DNA of 64,000 bases from Bacteroidales bacterium (GCA_024400835.1 JAKSMC010000001.1:16335-80334), one strand, 5' to 3'. Counted from the stretch's first letter, positions 39,350 through 52,855 are shown. Notes: generated by a model from the sequence alone, not told the origin. Numbers and translations are program-made.

Positions 39350-41488
39350 ATGATATCCAAGACTAAAACCATCCTCACCTTTTTGGGCATACTGTTCTGT
39401 CTGCCCTTACTGACTGTAGGACAAGAATACGTGACCGGTCTTTCGCAGAATCCCGTCTTAGTGAAAGCCGCCAAGCAGGCCCCGCACGCAACGCGCAACG
39501 CCACGGCCGTGAAATTGCCCTTCGTGGACGACTTCTCCGGAGGCGTCGGCTATCCTGACGCCAAGTTGTGGACCGACCGCACCGCATTCGTCAACAACTC
39601 CTATCCAGTCATCCCGCCTTCCATCGGCGTGGCCACATTAGATGCACTGGATGCCAACGGCCGTGTGTACGCACACGCCGACCGCTCCTCATTCCCCGCT
39701 GACACGCTGACGTCACAGCCGATACGACTGGACAGCAACTTCACGCACCACCGAGCCATGTCCATCGGCGACTCCCTATATTTCAGCTTCTACTACCAAC
39801 CCGGCGGCGGTTGCAAGGCCACCCCGGCCGTAGAATGGGAGCGCATCGGCGACGCCCCGGAATTCGATGACGAACTCATTCTCGAATTCGGCTATTCGAC
39901 TGGCAATATGATATTTACCGGATACATTTATGGCGAGTACATTTTAGGGCCAAACGAGTACCACATCACCGGCGACACCATCGACAATCCCTTTATGCCT
40001 GGGTGCATCTTCATTTTTGAAAACGACGCCTTCGCCGGCGAGACCATCCTCATCCCCACCGACTCCGTATTCGGCGAAGAATATGTTTGGAACAGAGTAT
40101 GGTCCGCAAACGGCACCACCCTGGACACCTGGCTCTCCGAAAACCCGCTCCAATATTTCAAGCAGGTGCTCATCCCCATCACTGACCCACAGTACCTACG
40201 TAACAACTTCCAGTTCCGCTTCCGCAACTACGCCTCCCTCGACCTCGACTCCTGGAGCAGCAGCAATATCATCGGGTGGGCCTCCAACTGCGACCAATGG
40301 CACATCGACTACATCCGTCTCAACACCGACCGCAGCGCTAACGACATATATCCCAACGACGTGACTTACGTCAGCCCCGCGACCTCTGCACTGACGCAAT
40401 ATCAGGCTATGCCCTGGCACCAATATCGCACTACCGACATGGCCTCCAACTTCCACAATGAGCTGGCCAACATCTCCAGTTCCACCAAGAACACCTTCTA
40501 CAACTACAAGGTCACGCATAACGGGACCAACGTCTACACCTCGCAGGTGAACAACGAGAACGCCACACCGTTTACCACCAACGGTTTGCACGACTACACT
40601 TTCCATGCCAACCCGGCCATCGGTTTTGCATACACATACGACAACGAGGACAGCGCAGAATTCGTCATCACCCACGTATTCAGAATGGAGGGTTCCACCG
40701 ACGAGTTGACACGCAACGACACCTGCGTCTTCAAGCAGAAATTCGAGAACTACTACGCCTATGACGACGGCACAGCCGAAGCCGGCTACTGCCTGCTTTC
40801 CTCACAAGGCAGCCCAGAAGCCTCACTGGCCGTACAGTTCACCCTGGCAGAACCCGACACACTCAGATGCGTGCGCATGTGGTTCAACAGCGCATTGAAT
40901 GACGAGAACGTCGACTACTTCACTCTGATGGTATGGGGCGACAACAACGGACAGCCCGGAGAAGTCCTCTACTCCCTGGATTCCCAACTCCCCTACCACG
41001 CTGACGACTTCCTCGACTTCGCCAACTATTATCCCGAAGAGCCCATAGCACTGGAAGGCACCTTCTACGTGGGATTCTGCCAAAGGCACAACACCCAGTT
41101 GAACCTCGGCTTCGACCAAAACAACGACGCACGCGGCCACTTCTTCTATAAGACAACCAACGAATGGAGAGAGTCCTTCTACAAAGGAGCTCCGATGATT
41201 CGCCCGGTGGTGGGCAAGGCCTACGACCACTCCGGCATCGCCGTGCATACGCAAGCGCCCGCTCTGAAACTCTATCCGAACCCAACATCCGGCAACGTCA
41301 ACATCCAAACGGACGAAGACGTTTACGGGCTGGAATATCAGATTTTCGACATCTACGGACGGCTCCTGCAAACCAACAGCCTGACGAGCGAAAGTATCAG
41401 TTTAACAGACTACGCATCAGGCATATACATCGTAAAGATTTTAAAAGACAATCACATTATCCAAACCGAAAAAATCATAAAGAAATAA
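39350..41488 (+). CDS. T9SS-secreted protein of unknown function
   Basis: Signal peptide plus a C-terminal T9SS sorting domain (LKLYPNPTSGNVNIQ...GIYIVKIL...KIIKK). Confidence 0.75.
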   Translation: MISKTKTILTFLGILFCLPLLTVGQEYVTGLSQNPVLVKAAKQAPHATRNATAVKLPFVDDFSGGVGYPDAKLWTDRTAFVNNSYPVIPPSIGVATLDALDANGRVYAHADRSSFPADTLTSQPIRLDSNFTHHRAMSIGDSLYFSFYYQPGGGCKATPAVEWERIGDAPEFDDELILEFGYSTGNMIFTGYIYGEYILGPNEYHITGDTIDNPFMPGCIFIFENDAFAGETILIPTDSVFGEEYVWNRVWSANGTTLDTWLSENPLQYFKQVLIPITDPQYLRNNFQFRFRNYASLDLDSWSSSNIIGWASNCDQWHIDYIRLNTDRSANDIYPNDVTYVSPATSALTQYQAMPWHQYRTTDMASNFHNELANISSSTKNTFYNYKVTHNGTNVYTSQVNNENATPFTTNGLHDYTFHANPAIGFAYTYDNEDSAEFVITHVFRMEGSTDELTRNDTCVFKQKFENYYAYDDGTAEAGYCLLSSQGSPEASLAVQFTLAEPDTLRCVRMWFNSALNDENVDYFTLMVWGDNNGQPGEVLYSLDSQLPYHADDFLDFANYYPEEPIALEGTFYVGFCQRHNTQLNLGFDQNNDARGHFFYKTTNEWRESFYKGAPMIRPVVGKAYDHSGIAVHTQAPALKLYPNPTSGNVNIQTDEDVYGLEYQIFDIYGRLLQTNSLTSESISLTDYASGIYIVKILKDNHIIQTEKIIKK

Positions 41489-41489
41489 C

Positions 41490-42314
41490 ATGAACCTCAA
41501 CCTCTCCAGACCACTCATTTTCTTTGACCTCGAGACTACCGGTCTCAATGTTGGCAAAGACCACATTGTAGAAATTTCCCTTATCAAAATGATGCCGGAC
41601 GGCACGGAAATCGAACGCACGGAGCGCATCAACCCCGGCGTGCACATTCCCGAGGAGTGCTCTGCCATTCACGGCATTTACGACCAGGATGTGGCCGACA
41701 AGCCGACCTTCGCGGAACTGGCCGACGACCTGCTCGCATTCATCGGAGACGCCGATTTGGCAGGCTTCAATTCCAACAAGTTCGACGTGCCCTTGCTGTT
41801 AGAAGAATTTTTGAGAATCGGCAAGAATCTTGATTTACGCAACCGCCATCTTATTGATGTCCAGAACATTTTCCACAAGATGGAGCCGCGCAACTTAGTG
41901 GCAGCGTACAAGTTCTACTGTGACGGCGACCTCACCGACGCGCACCAGGCCAGCGCCGACACCCGCGCCACCTGCGAGGTATTCAAAGCCCAGCTGGAAA
42001 GATATGAGAACGTGGAATACACCGACCCACGCACACACGTCAAAAGCAAACCTATTGTCGGCGACGTCAAGGCGCTGAGCGCATTCACCCGCGAACACCG
42101 CAACGTGGACATGGCCGGCCACATCGTCTGGAACACCAAAGACGAGGCAGTCTTCAATTTCGGCAAACACAAAAACGAAGCCGTGAAAGCCGTTTTCCTG
42201 AAAGAACCGGCTTATTACGATTGGATGATGAAAGCCGACTTCCCATTATACACCAAGGAAGTTATCACACAGATTTACCACGAAGTCTGTTTGGAAAGGA
42301 AATTCGGGAAATAG
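41490..42314 (+). CDS. DEDDh 3'-5' exonuclease (DnaQ/epsilon-like)
   Basis: Exo I FFDLETTG, Exo II GFNSNKFDVPLL and Exo III HQASADTRA. Confidence 0.85.
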   Translation: MNLNLSRPLIFFDLETTGLNVGKDHIVEISLIKMMPDGTEIERTERINPGVHIPEECSAIHGIYDQDVADKPTFAELADDLLAFIGDADLAGFNSNKFDVPLLLEEFLRIGKNLDLRNRHLIDVQNIFHKMEPRNLVAAYKFYCDGDLTDAHQASADTRATCEVFKAQLERYENVEYTDPRTHVKSKPIVGDVKALSAFTREHRNVDMAGHIVWNTKDEAVFNFGKHKNEAVKAVFLKEPAYYDWMMKADFPLYTKEVITQIYHEVCLERKFGK

Positions 42315-42340
42315 ATAAAATCAAACCAAAATACAGGGGA

Positions 42341-42367
42341 AAGGGCGGACAAGAATCCGCCCTTTTT
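42341..42367 (+). terminator. Rho-independent terminator after the exonuclease gene
   Basis: A 9-bp stem AAGGGCGGA/TCCGCCCTT with loop CAAGAA, then TTTTT. Confidence 0.75.
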
Positions 42368-42386
42368 GCATTTCAACGGAGACGGC

Positions 42387-42487
42387 ATGAAGGGTGGCAA
42401 AAACATGAAAATTTATTCCTTCGAGGCAATGGTTTGTAAAGGAAAATATACTACATTTGCCACCGCATAAAAATGCGGTGGTTTTTT
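42387..42487 (+). promoter_or_regulatory. Structured leader candidate upstream of the hydrogenase operon: a 27-codon uORF, alternative helices and a terminator hairpin
   Basis: The uORF is ATG 42387..TAA 42470. GGTGGCAAA (42393..42401) is complementary to TTTGCCACC (42456..42464). That segment overlaps the 5' arm of the hairpin CCACCGCA-TAAAAA-TGCGGTGG (42460..42481), which is followed by T6. A TACATTTG -7 match sits at 42452..42459. Confidence 0.4.
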
Positions 42488-42555
42488 GTGTCAAAAACCG
42501 AAAAATATAATTTTATTATACTATAATTCAACAACTTACTAAAAAAATTTAAGTT

Positions 42556-42954
42556 ATGGAAAAAATTAAATCATTGGCTGATCTCAAGAAAAGAAGAGAA
42601 GAGCTTCAATCCAAGATTGAGTTGCGCGAAGAAGGCGACAACGTAGAAAACTTGGTTCAGATCAAGGTCGCAATGGCTACCTGTGGTATCGCATCTGGCG
42701 CAAAGCAGACAATGGAAGCCATCATTGACGAATGCAAAAAGCAAAACGTCAAGGCCGTTGTATCTCAAACAGGCTGTATGGGCTACTGCTATGCAGAACC
42801 CACAGTGGAAGTTAAAAAACCGGGTGAGGATCCTATCGTATTCGGTCACGTCGACACCAACAAAGGTCGCGAATTGGTTACCAAATACATCATGGGCAAC
42901 GAAATCCTCGAAGGCGTAATTCCAGTTAACTACGAACAAATCGATAACAAATAA
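42556..42954 (+). CDS. Thioredoxin-like [2Fe-2S] ferredoxin, HndB-like hydrogenase subunit
   Basis: Cys pattern ATCGIASGA...GCMGYCYAEP. It is the first gene of the hydrogenase operon. Confidence 0.7.
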   Translation: MEKIKSLADLKKRREELQSKIELREEGDNVENLVQIKVAMATCGIASGAKQTMEAIIDECKKQNVKAVVSQTGCMGYCYAEPTVEVKKPGEDPIVFGHVDTNKGRELVTKYIMGNEILEGVIPVNYEQIDNK

Positions 42955-42968
42955 TAAGGAGGTCTCCA

Positions 42969-44762
42969 ATGGCAAATTACAAATATCACATTTTGCTCTG
43001 CGGCGGTACAGGTTGTACAGCTTCAGAAAGCCCGAAAATCAAAGAAAACTTCATTAACATCTTAGCAGAAAAGAATCTTTCCGAAGACGTTCAAGTTATC
43101 GCCACCGGTTGTTTCGGTTTCTGCGAAAAAGGCCCCATCGTCAAGATTCTGCCGGATAACACATTCTACACCCAGGTAAAACCTGAAGATTGCCGCGAAA
43201 TCATCGACGAACATATCATCAAAGGTAGAAAAGTCCAAAGATTGCTTTACGAGAACCCGGAAGACAAAAAACACATCTCCGACTCCAAGCACATGGGCTT
43301 CTACAAAAAACAAATGCGTATCGCTTTGCGTAACTGCGGTTTCATCGATCCTGAAAACATCGACGAATACATCGCACGCGACGGTTACAAAGCTCTCGCT
43401 TCCGTTCTCGAACAAAATGATCCTAAGGCAACCATCGACCTTTTGAAGAAAGCTGGTTTGCGTGGTCGTGGCGGCGCTGGTTTCCCGACCGGTTTGAAAT
43501 GGGAACTCTGCGCAAAGAACGCTGCTGACCAGAAATACATCATCTGTAACGCCGACGAAGGCGACCCAGGTGCATTCATGGATCGTTCCATCTTGGAAGG
43601 TGACCCACACTCCATCATCGAAGCTATGGCTATCGGCGGTTTCTGTATCGGTGCTTCCATCGGTTTGGTTTACATCCGTGCTGAATACCCGCTGGCTATC
43701 CACCGTTTGGAAGTAGCTATCAAACAAGCTCGCGAATATGGCTTGCTCGGCGAAAACATCTTCGGTACAGACTTCAGCTTCGACATCATCCTTCGTTACG
43801 GTGCCGGCGCATTCGTCTGCGGTGAGGAAACTGCCCTTATCCACTCTATGGAAGGCAAACGTGGTGAACCTACCTTCAAACCGCCATTCCCTGCAGTTGA
43901 AGGTTATATGAAGAAACCGTCCAACGTGAACAACGTTGAAACTTACGCCAATATCCCTGTTATCATCAACAAGGGTTGGGAATGGTTCTCTTCTATCGGT
44001 ACAGAAAAATCCAAAGGTACGAAGGTATTCGCATTGGCAGGCCAAATCAACAACGTTGGTTTGATCGAAGTTCCTATGGGTATCACCCTTCGCGAAGTCA
44101 TCTACGAAATCGGTGGCGGTATCAAGGGCGGCCGTAAGTTCAAAGCCGTTCAAACCGGTGGTCCTTCCGGCGGTTGCTTGACCGAGAAGTTCCTCGACAC
44201 CCCGATCGACTATGATAACCTCGTGGCTGCTGGCTCAATGATGGGTTCCGGTGGTATGATCGTTATGGACGAAACCTCCTGTATGGTTTCTGTCGCTAAG
44301 TTCTACCTCGACTTCACCGTTGAAGAATCCTGCGGTAAATGTTCTCCTTGCCGTATCGGTAACAAGAGACTTTGCGAAATCCTCGACAAAATCACAAAGG
44401 GCCAAGGTACAATGGAAGATCTTGAAAAACTCAAGAACCTCGCCAAAGTTATCAAAGACACCGCTCTCTGCGGTCTCGGCCAAACATCCCCGAACCCTGT
44501 TCTCTCTACTATCGACAACTTCTGGGATGAATACGTCGCTCACGTTGTTGACAAGAAATGTCCTGCTGGCCAATGCAAGGCTCTGAAACAATATGTCATC
44601 GATCCTGACAAATGTAAGGGTTGTACGGCTTGCGCACGCAATTGTCCTGTCGGCGCTATCCATGGTACAGTCAAGAACCCGCATGAAATCGATCAAAACG
44701 CTTGTATCAAGTGCGGTACCTGTATCGAAAAATGTAAGTTCAACGCAATTAGTATTAAATAG
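42969..44762 (+). CDS. hydB: NuoF-like flavoprotein subunit of a NAD(P)-linked [FeFe] hydrogenase (HydB/HndC)
   Basis: N-terminal Trx-like 2Fe-2S domain (CGGTGC...CFGFC), GLRGRGGAGFPTG FMN/NADH site, ESCGKCSPCR, and two C-terminal 4Fe-4S motifs. Confidence 0.9.
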   Translation: MANYKYHILLCGGTGCTASESPKIKENFINILAEKNLSEDVQVIATGCFGFCEKGPIVKILPDNTFYTQVKPEDCREIIDEHIIKGRKVQRLLYENPEDKKHISDSKHMGFYKKQMRIALRNCGFIDPENIDEYIARDGYKALASVLEQNDPKATIDLLKKAGLRGRGGAGFPTGLKWELCAKNAADQKYIICNADEGDPGAFMDRSILEGDPHSIIEAMAIGGFCIGASIGLVYIRAEYPLAIHRLEVAIKQAREYGLLGENIFGTDFSFDIILRYGAGAFVCGEETALIHSMEGKRGEPTFKPPFPAVEGYMKKPSNVNNVETYANIPVIINKGWEWFSSIGTEKSKGTKVFALAGQINNVGLIEVPMGITLREVIYEIGGGIKGGRKFKAVQTGGPSGGCLTEKFLDTPIDYDNLVAAGSMMGSGGMIVMDETSCMVSVAKFYLDFTVEESCGKCSPCRIGNKRLCEILDKITKGQGTMEDLEKLKNLAKVIKDTALCGLGQTSPNPVLSTIDNFWDEYVAHVVDKKCPAGQCKALKQYVIDPDKCKGCTACARNCPVGAIHGTVKNPHEIDQNACIKCGTCIEKCKFNAISIK

Positions 44763-44777
44763 TAAAAGGGTATTAAT

Positions 44778-46559
44778 ATGGATTTGATTAAATTAACAAT
44801 AGATAATAGAGAAGTTGAAGTACCAAGAGGTACCACTATTCTTAAAGCCGCTAAAGGCATGGGTATCGATATTCCTACCCTTTGCCATTTCGAATTGGAA
44901 GGTTTCAAATTCCACAACAAACCCGGTGGTTGCCGTGTTTGCGTAGTGGAAGTTGCTGGCCGTCGTAACCTCGCTCCTGCTTGCGTCACCGAATGTATGC
45001 CGGATATGGTTGTCAAAACCAACTCCATGCGCGTTCTCAACGCTCGCAAAACGGTGTTGGAACTGATCCTTTCCGACCATCCAAACGATTGTTTGCAATG
45101 TGCTAAGAGCGGCAACTGCGAACTCCAAGACCTCGCAATCCGCTTCGGCATCCGCAAAAACCCGTTCACCGGTGCTGAACACACACAATCTTCTTACAAA
45201 GTAGAACTTTCACCTTCTATCGTTCGCGATATGAACAAGTGCGTTATGTGCCGTCGCTGCGAAACAATGTGTAACGAAATCCAAAGCGTTGGCGCACTCT
45301 CCGCTATCCACCGTGGTTTCCCAGCAGTTGTTTCTACAGCTTTCGAAAAACAACTCACCGAAACTCCTTGCGTATTCTGCGGCCAATGTGTTGCAGTTTG
45401 CCCGGTTGGCGCTCTTACAGAAGTTGACAACAACGGTAAGGTTCTCCGCGACATCGCTGATCCTGCTAAGAAGACGGTTGTCCAAGTTGCTCCTGCTGTA
45501 CGTGTTGCTCTCGGCGAAGAATTCGGCATGGCTCCTGGTTCCATCGTAACCAAGAAGCTCACCGCTGCTCTCAAGGCTATCGGTTTCGACTATGTATTCG
45601 ACACTGACTGGTCTGCCGACTTGACCATCATGGAAGAAGGTACCGAATTGATCGGCCGCCTCACCAAGTTCCTTGCTGGCGACAAGAGCGTTAAGATTCC
45701 TTTGATGACATCTTGCTGCCCTGCATGGGTTAACTTCTATGAAAAACATTTCCCGCAATTAAGAGAATATCCTTCAACCGCTAAATCTCCGCAACAGATG
45801 TTCGGCGCTATCGCTAAGAACTACTTCGCAGACAAAATCGGCTGCAAACGCGAAGATATGGTTTGTGTTTCCGTAATGCCTTGCGTTGCTAAGAAATACG
45901 AAACCGGTCGTGAAGAACTCGCTAAGAACGGCAATCCTGACGTTGACTACTCCATCACCACTCGCGAATTGGCTCGCCTCATCAAGATGGCCAACATCGA
46001 CTTCAACAGCCTTCCTGATGCAGAATTCGACAGCCCGCTCGGCGAATCAACAGGTGCTGCTGTTATCTTCGGCGCAACTGGCGGCGTAATGGAAGCTGCT
46101 GTTCGTACCGCTTACGAAGTTATCACAGGCAAGACCCTCCCGAAAGTTGATTTCGAAGAACTCCGTGGCCTCGAAGGCGTTAAAGAAGCTACCGTACACG
46201 TACAAGACGGTTTGGATCTCAAACTCGCCATCGTACACGGCTTAGGCAACGCTCGCAAGATGCTCGAACTCATCGAAAAAGGCGAATGCCCGTATCACGC
46301 AATCGAAGTTATGGCTTGTCCTGGTGGCTGTATCGACGGCGCTGGCCAACCTTATCACCATGGCGATTCCAGCATCATCAAAGCTCGTTGGGAAGCTACT
46401 TACCAAGCCGATAGAGAAATGCCGATCCGTAAATCTCATGAGAACCCGTCCATCCAAGCTATCTACAAAGAATATCTTGGCGAACCGTGCGGTCATCTCT
46501 CTCACGAATTGCTGCACACTCACTACTTTGACAACCAAATCAAAGTGGAGGCTGAATAA
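44778..46559 (+). CDS. hydA: [FeFe] hydrogenase catalytic subunit (HydA/HndD)
   Basis: H-cluster motifs TSCCPAW, MPCVAKKYE and EVMACPGGCIDGAG, plus an N-terminal 2Fe-2S domain and ferredoxin-like Cys clusters. Confidence 0.95.
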   Translation: MDLIKLTIDNREVEVPRGTTILKAAKGMGIDIPTLCHFELEGFKFHNKPGGCRVCVVEVAGRRNLAPACVTECMPDMVVKTNSMRVLNARKTVLELILSDHPNDCLQCAKSGNCELQDLAIRFGIRKNPFTGAEHTQSSYKVELSPSIVRDMNKCVMCRRCETMCNEIQSVGALSAIHRGFPAVVSTAFEKQLTETPCVFCGQCVAVCPVGALTEVDNNGKVLRDIADPAKKTVVQVAPAVRVALGEEFGMAPGSIVTKKLTAALKAIGFDYVFDTDWSADLTIMEEGTELIGRLTKFLAGDKSVKIPLMTSCCPAWVNFYEKHFPQLREYPSTAKSPQQMFGAIAKNYFADKIGCKREDMVCVSVMPCVAKKYETGREELAKNGNPDVDYSITTRELARLIKMANIDFNSLPDAEFDSPLGESTGAAVIFGATGGVMEAAVRTAYEVITGKTLPKVDFEELRGLEGVKEATVHVQDGLDLKLAIVHGLGNARKMLELIEKGECPYHAIEVMACPGGCIDGAGQPYHHGDSSIIKARWEATYQADREMPIRKSHENPSIQAIYKEYLGEPCGHLSHELLHTHYFDNQIKVEAE

Positions 46560-46585
46560 TTAATTAATCTGTAAAATTATAAATT

Positions 46586-47071
46586 ATGGCAATAACAGTA
46601 AAAATTAATAAAGAAACTCATGATAAGATCGTTGCTATTTGTAATAATTTCAACAACGATCCCGGTGAATTGATCAATGTATTGCATCAAACACAGGATT
46701 TCCTCGGTTATCTGCCCGCAGAAGCTCAGGAATTAATCGCTGAATGTTTGCATATGCCTACAGCTAAGGTTTTCGGCGTTGTATCTTTCTACGCTTTCTT
46801 CACCATGACCCCGAAGGGCAAACACCCAGTATCCGTATGTATGGGTACCGCTTGCTACGTCCGCGGCGGCGAAAAGATCCTCGACGCTTTCAAGAGCGAA
46901 CTCGGTATCGAAGTTGGTGAAACTGACGCTAACGGCGAATTCTCATTGACATCCTTGCGTTGTGTAGGTGCTTGCGGTTTGGCTCCTGTTGCCCTCGTTG
47001 ATGGCAAAGTTTACGGCCGCTTGGTTCCTGCTATGGTTAAGGACATCGTTGCTGAATACAGAGGAAAATAA
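46586..47071 (+). CDS. hydC: NuoE-like [2Fe-2S] subunit (HydC/HndA)
   Basis: Cys motifs VCMGTACYVRG and RCVGACGLAP. Confidence 0.9.
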   Translation: MAITVKINKETHDKIVAICNNFNNDPGELINVLHQTQDFLGYLPAEAQELIAECLHMPTAKVFGVVSFYAFFTMTPKGKHPVSVCMGTACYVRGGEKILDAFKSELGIEVGETDANGEFSLTSLRCVGACGLAPVALVDGKVYGRLVPAMVKDIVAEYRGK

Positions 47072-47094
47072 TTTTCCAAATATATTCAATGAAA

Positions 47095-47122
47095 AAGGCG
47101 ACCGAATTGGTCGCCTTTTTTT
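47095..47122 (+). terminator. Rho-independent terminator of the hydrogenase operon
   Basis: A 9-bp stem AAGGCGACC/GGTCGCCTT with loop GAATT, then T7. Confidence 0.8.
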
Positions 47123-47165
47123 ATTTTATTTTAATAACAATATTAATTAATATTTAACTTTTATA

Positions 47166-47173
47166 TATCTTTG
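47166..47173 (+). promoter_or_regulatory. -7 promoter box TATCTTTG for the EEP gene
   Basis: Matches TAnnTTTG 20 nt upstream of the ATG at 47193. Confidence 0.45.
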
Positions 47174-47192
47174 CATCCTCAATATTTTGGAT

Positions 47193-48221
47193 ATGAAAAG
47201 ATATATAACAACCTCGCTAATCTGCCTATTGGCCCTGTTTTCAAAGGGGCAACAGGAATCCGACAGCTACATCGTCGCCTTCTACAACGTGGAAAACACC
47301 TTCCATCCTTCCAACGATTCCCTTACTAATGACGACGACTTTACGCCCACGGGGCTCTACCACTGGAGCTATAAGAAGTACTATAAGAAAATCAGCAACA
47401 TCGCAAAGGTGTTCATCGCGATGGGGAAAGGCAGCCCTCCGGCCATCATCGGTTTGGCGGAAATAGAGAACGAGCAGGTGTTGAAGGACATCTGCTATCA
47501 TTCTCCCCTTCAGAAATACGGGTACAGATACGTGCATCACGACTCGCCCGACCGCCGTGGCGTGGATGTCGCCCTACTCTACCGCGACACCATAGTACAC
47601 ATCCTGCGCGAGCATAAAGTGCCTATCATATTCCCTTTTGAGCCGAACACTCGGAATCGCGACCTGCTGTACGTGTGCGCGCAATTTCCGAATGGCGACT
47701 CGCTGCACCTCATAATCAACCACTGGACCTCGCGATACGGCGGATATGCGGCCACCATCCCCAAACGAAACTATTATGCCGATGTGGCACGGCAGATTGC
47801 CGACTCGCTCTTAGGCGAAAACCCAAAGGCCAACATCCTGTATATGGGCGATTTCAACGATTATTGCACCGACGAGAGCCTATCGCAGCACCTGCGCGCC
47901 AAGCCCTTCCAACCCGAAAACACGAGGGACAGCCTTTTCAATCTTATGTATTATTTTGAAGGCATGAACAATGTGGGCTCACACAAACACGAGGATTTCT
48001 GGCGATGCCTGGACCAAATCATCGTTTCGCGAGCCCTGATATTTGATGAAAATCAATTGCGCATTATCAATCACATTCCGCACATCTTCAATGCGGACTT
48101 CCTCCTTGTGCCTGATGAAAAATATGGCGGCGTGAAGACTTTCCGCACCTTTTTAGGACCGCGTTACATCGGCGGTTACGCCGACCATCTTCCAGTATAT
48201 ATAGTGCTGGGACTGGAATAA
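47193..48221 (+). CDS. Endonuclease/exonuclease/phosphatase-family protein, secreted
   Basis: Signal peptide, VAFYNVENTF, and terminal SDHLP-like ADHLPVY. Confidence 0.75.
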   Translation: MKRYITTSLICLLALFSKGQQESDSYIVAFYNVENTFHPSNDSLTNDDDFTPTGLYHWSYKKYYKKISNIAKVFIAMGKGSPPAIIGLAEIENEQVLKDICYHSPLQKYGYRYVHHDSPDRRGVDVALLYRDTIVHILREHKVPIIFPFEPNTRNRDLLYVCAQFPNGDSLHLIINHWTSRYGGYAATIPKRNYYADVARQIADSLLGENPKANILYMGDFNDYCTDESLSQHLRAKPFQPENTRDSLFNLMYYFEGMNNVGSHKHEDFWRCLDQIIVSRALIFDENQLRIINHIPHIFNADFLLVPDEKYGGVKTFRTFLGPRYIGGYADHLPVYIVLGLE

Positions 48222-48295
48222 AACAAAAAAATCATATTACATATTTGATTATCAATATAATAAAAAATAGTATAAAAAACTTTTATATCACATAT

Positions 48296-48317
48296 TCGTG
48301 CTATATTTGCAGCACGA
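48296..48317. promoter_or_regulatory. Palindrome TCGTGCT-N8-AGCACGA enclosing the hicAB -7 box (TATATTTG, 48302..48309)
   Basis: Perfect 7-bp arms. The spacer ATATTTGC is part of the TAnnTTTG match. It lies 18 nt upstream of the hicA ATG. Confidence 0.5.
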
Positions 48318-48334
48318 TTTTGGACACTCACATT

Positions 48335-48517
48335 ATGAAATGGGCAGAGTTGAAAAAAATCATAACTAACAAAGGTTGGTACCTATTCCGACACGGAGCA
48401 AAGCATGACATTTATGCACATAAAGACTCCGAACATAGAATTGCTATTGGGCGTCACAACAACGAAGAAATACCGACTGGAACATTTAGACAGATAAAAA
48501 AAATTATTGGATTCTAA
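48335..48517 (+). CDS. hicA: HicA-family mRNA interferase toxin
   Basis: A 60-aa protein, MKWAELKKIITNKGWYLFRHGAKHDIY...IPTGTFRQIKKIIGF, which fits the HicA pattern. The start is set at the ATG after the promoter. Confidence 0.75.
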   Translation: MKWAELKKIITNKGWYLFRHGAKHDIYAHKDSEHRIAIGRHNNEEIPTGTFRQIKKIIGF

Positions 48518-48527
48518 TTGACACAAA

Positions 48528-48926
48528 ATGAAAGCAATTGCACTAATAGAAAAAGGGAAAGAAGGTAGATTTCACATCTACTCAAAAAATATGAAGACAC
48601 TCATTATTGGAGATGGAGACAGCGTTTCAGAAGCAAAAGCGGACTTTGAAAACACAGCTCAAGAAATTATCAGCACCTATGATACAGGGAATTTGCCAAA
48701 GGAATTGCAGAATCTGACATTTGAATATCATTATGACATCGGCGCACTTTTCAATTATTACGATTTTATCAATATGAGCAAGTTGGCAAAGCGAATAGGC
48801 ATTAGCGACTCCCTCATGCGACATTATAAAATCGGAGAATATATTTCACAATCACAACTTCAAAAGATTGAAGATGCGTTACACGACATTGGCAAAGACT
48901 TCTCCGAAATCAAACTATTTGTATAG
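48528..48926 (+). CDS. hicB: HicB-family antitoxin with a C-terminal HTH
   Basis: HicB-like N-terminal fold pattern and an HTH-like MSKLAKRIGISDSLMRHYKIG. It starts 10 nt after hicA. Confidence 0.7.
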   Translation: MKAIALIEKGKEGRFHIYSKNMKTLIIGDGDSVSEAKADFENTAQEIISTYDTGNLPKELQNLTFEYHYDIGALFNYYDFINMSKLAKRIGISDSLMRHYKIGEYISQSQLQKIEDALHDIGKDFSEIKLFV

Positions 48927-48937
48927 CATTAAGACTG

Positions 48938-52849
<3,912 letters not shown>

Positions 52850-52855
52850 TTATTC

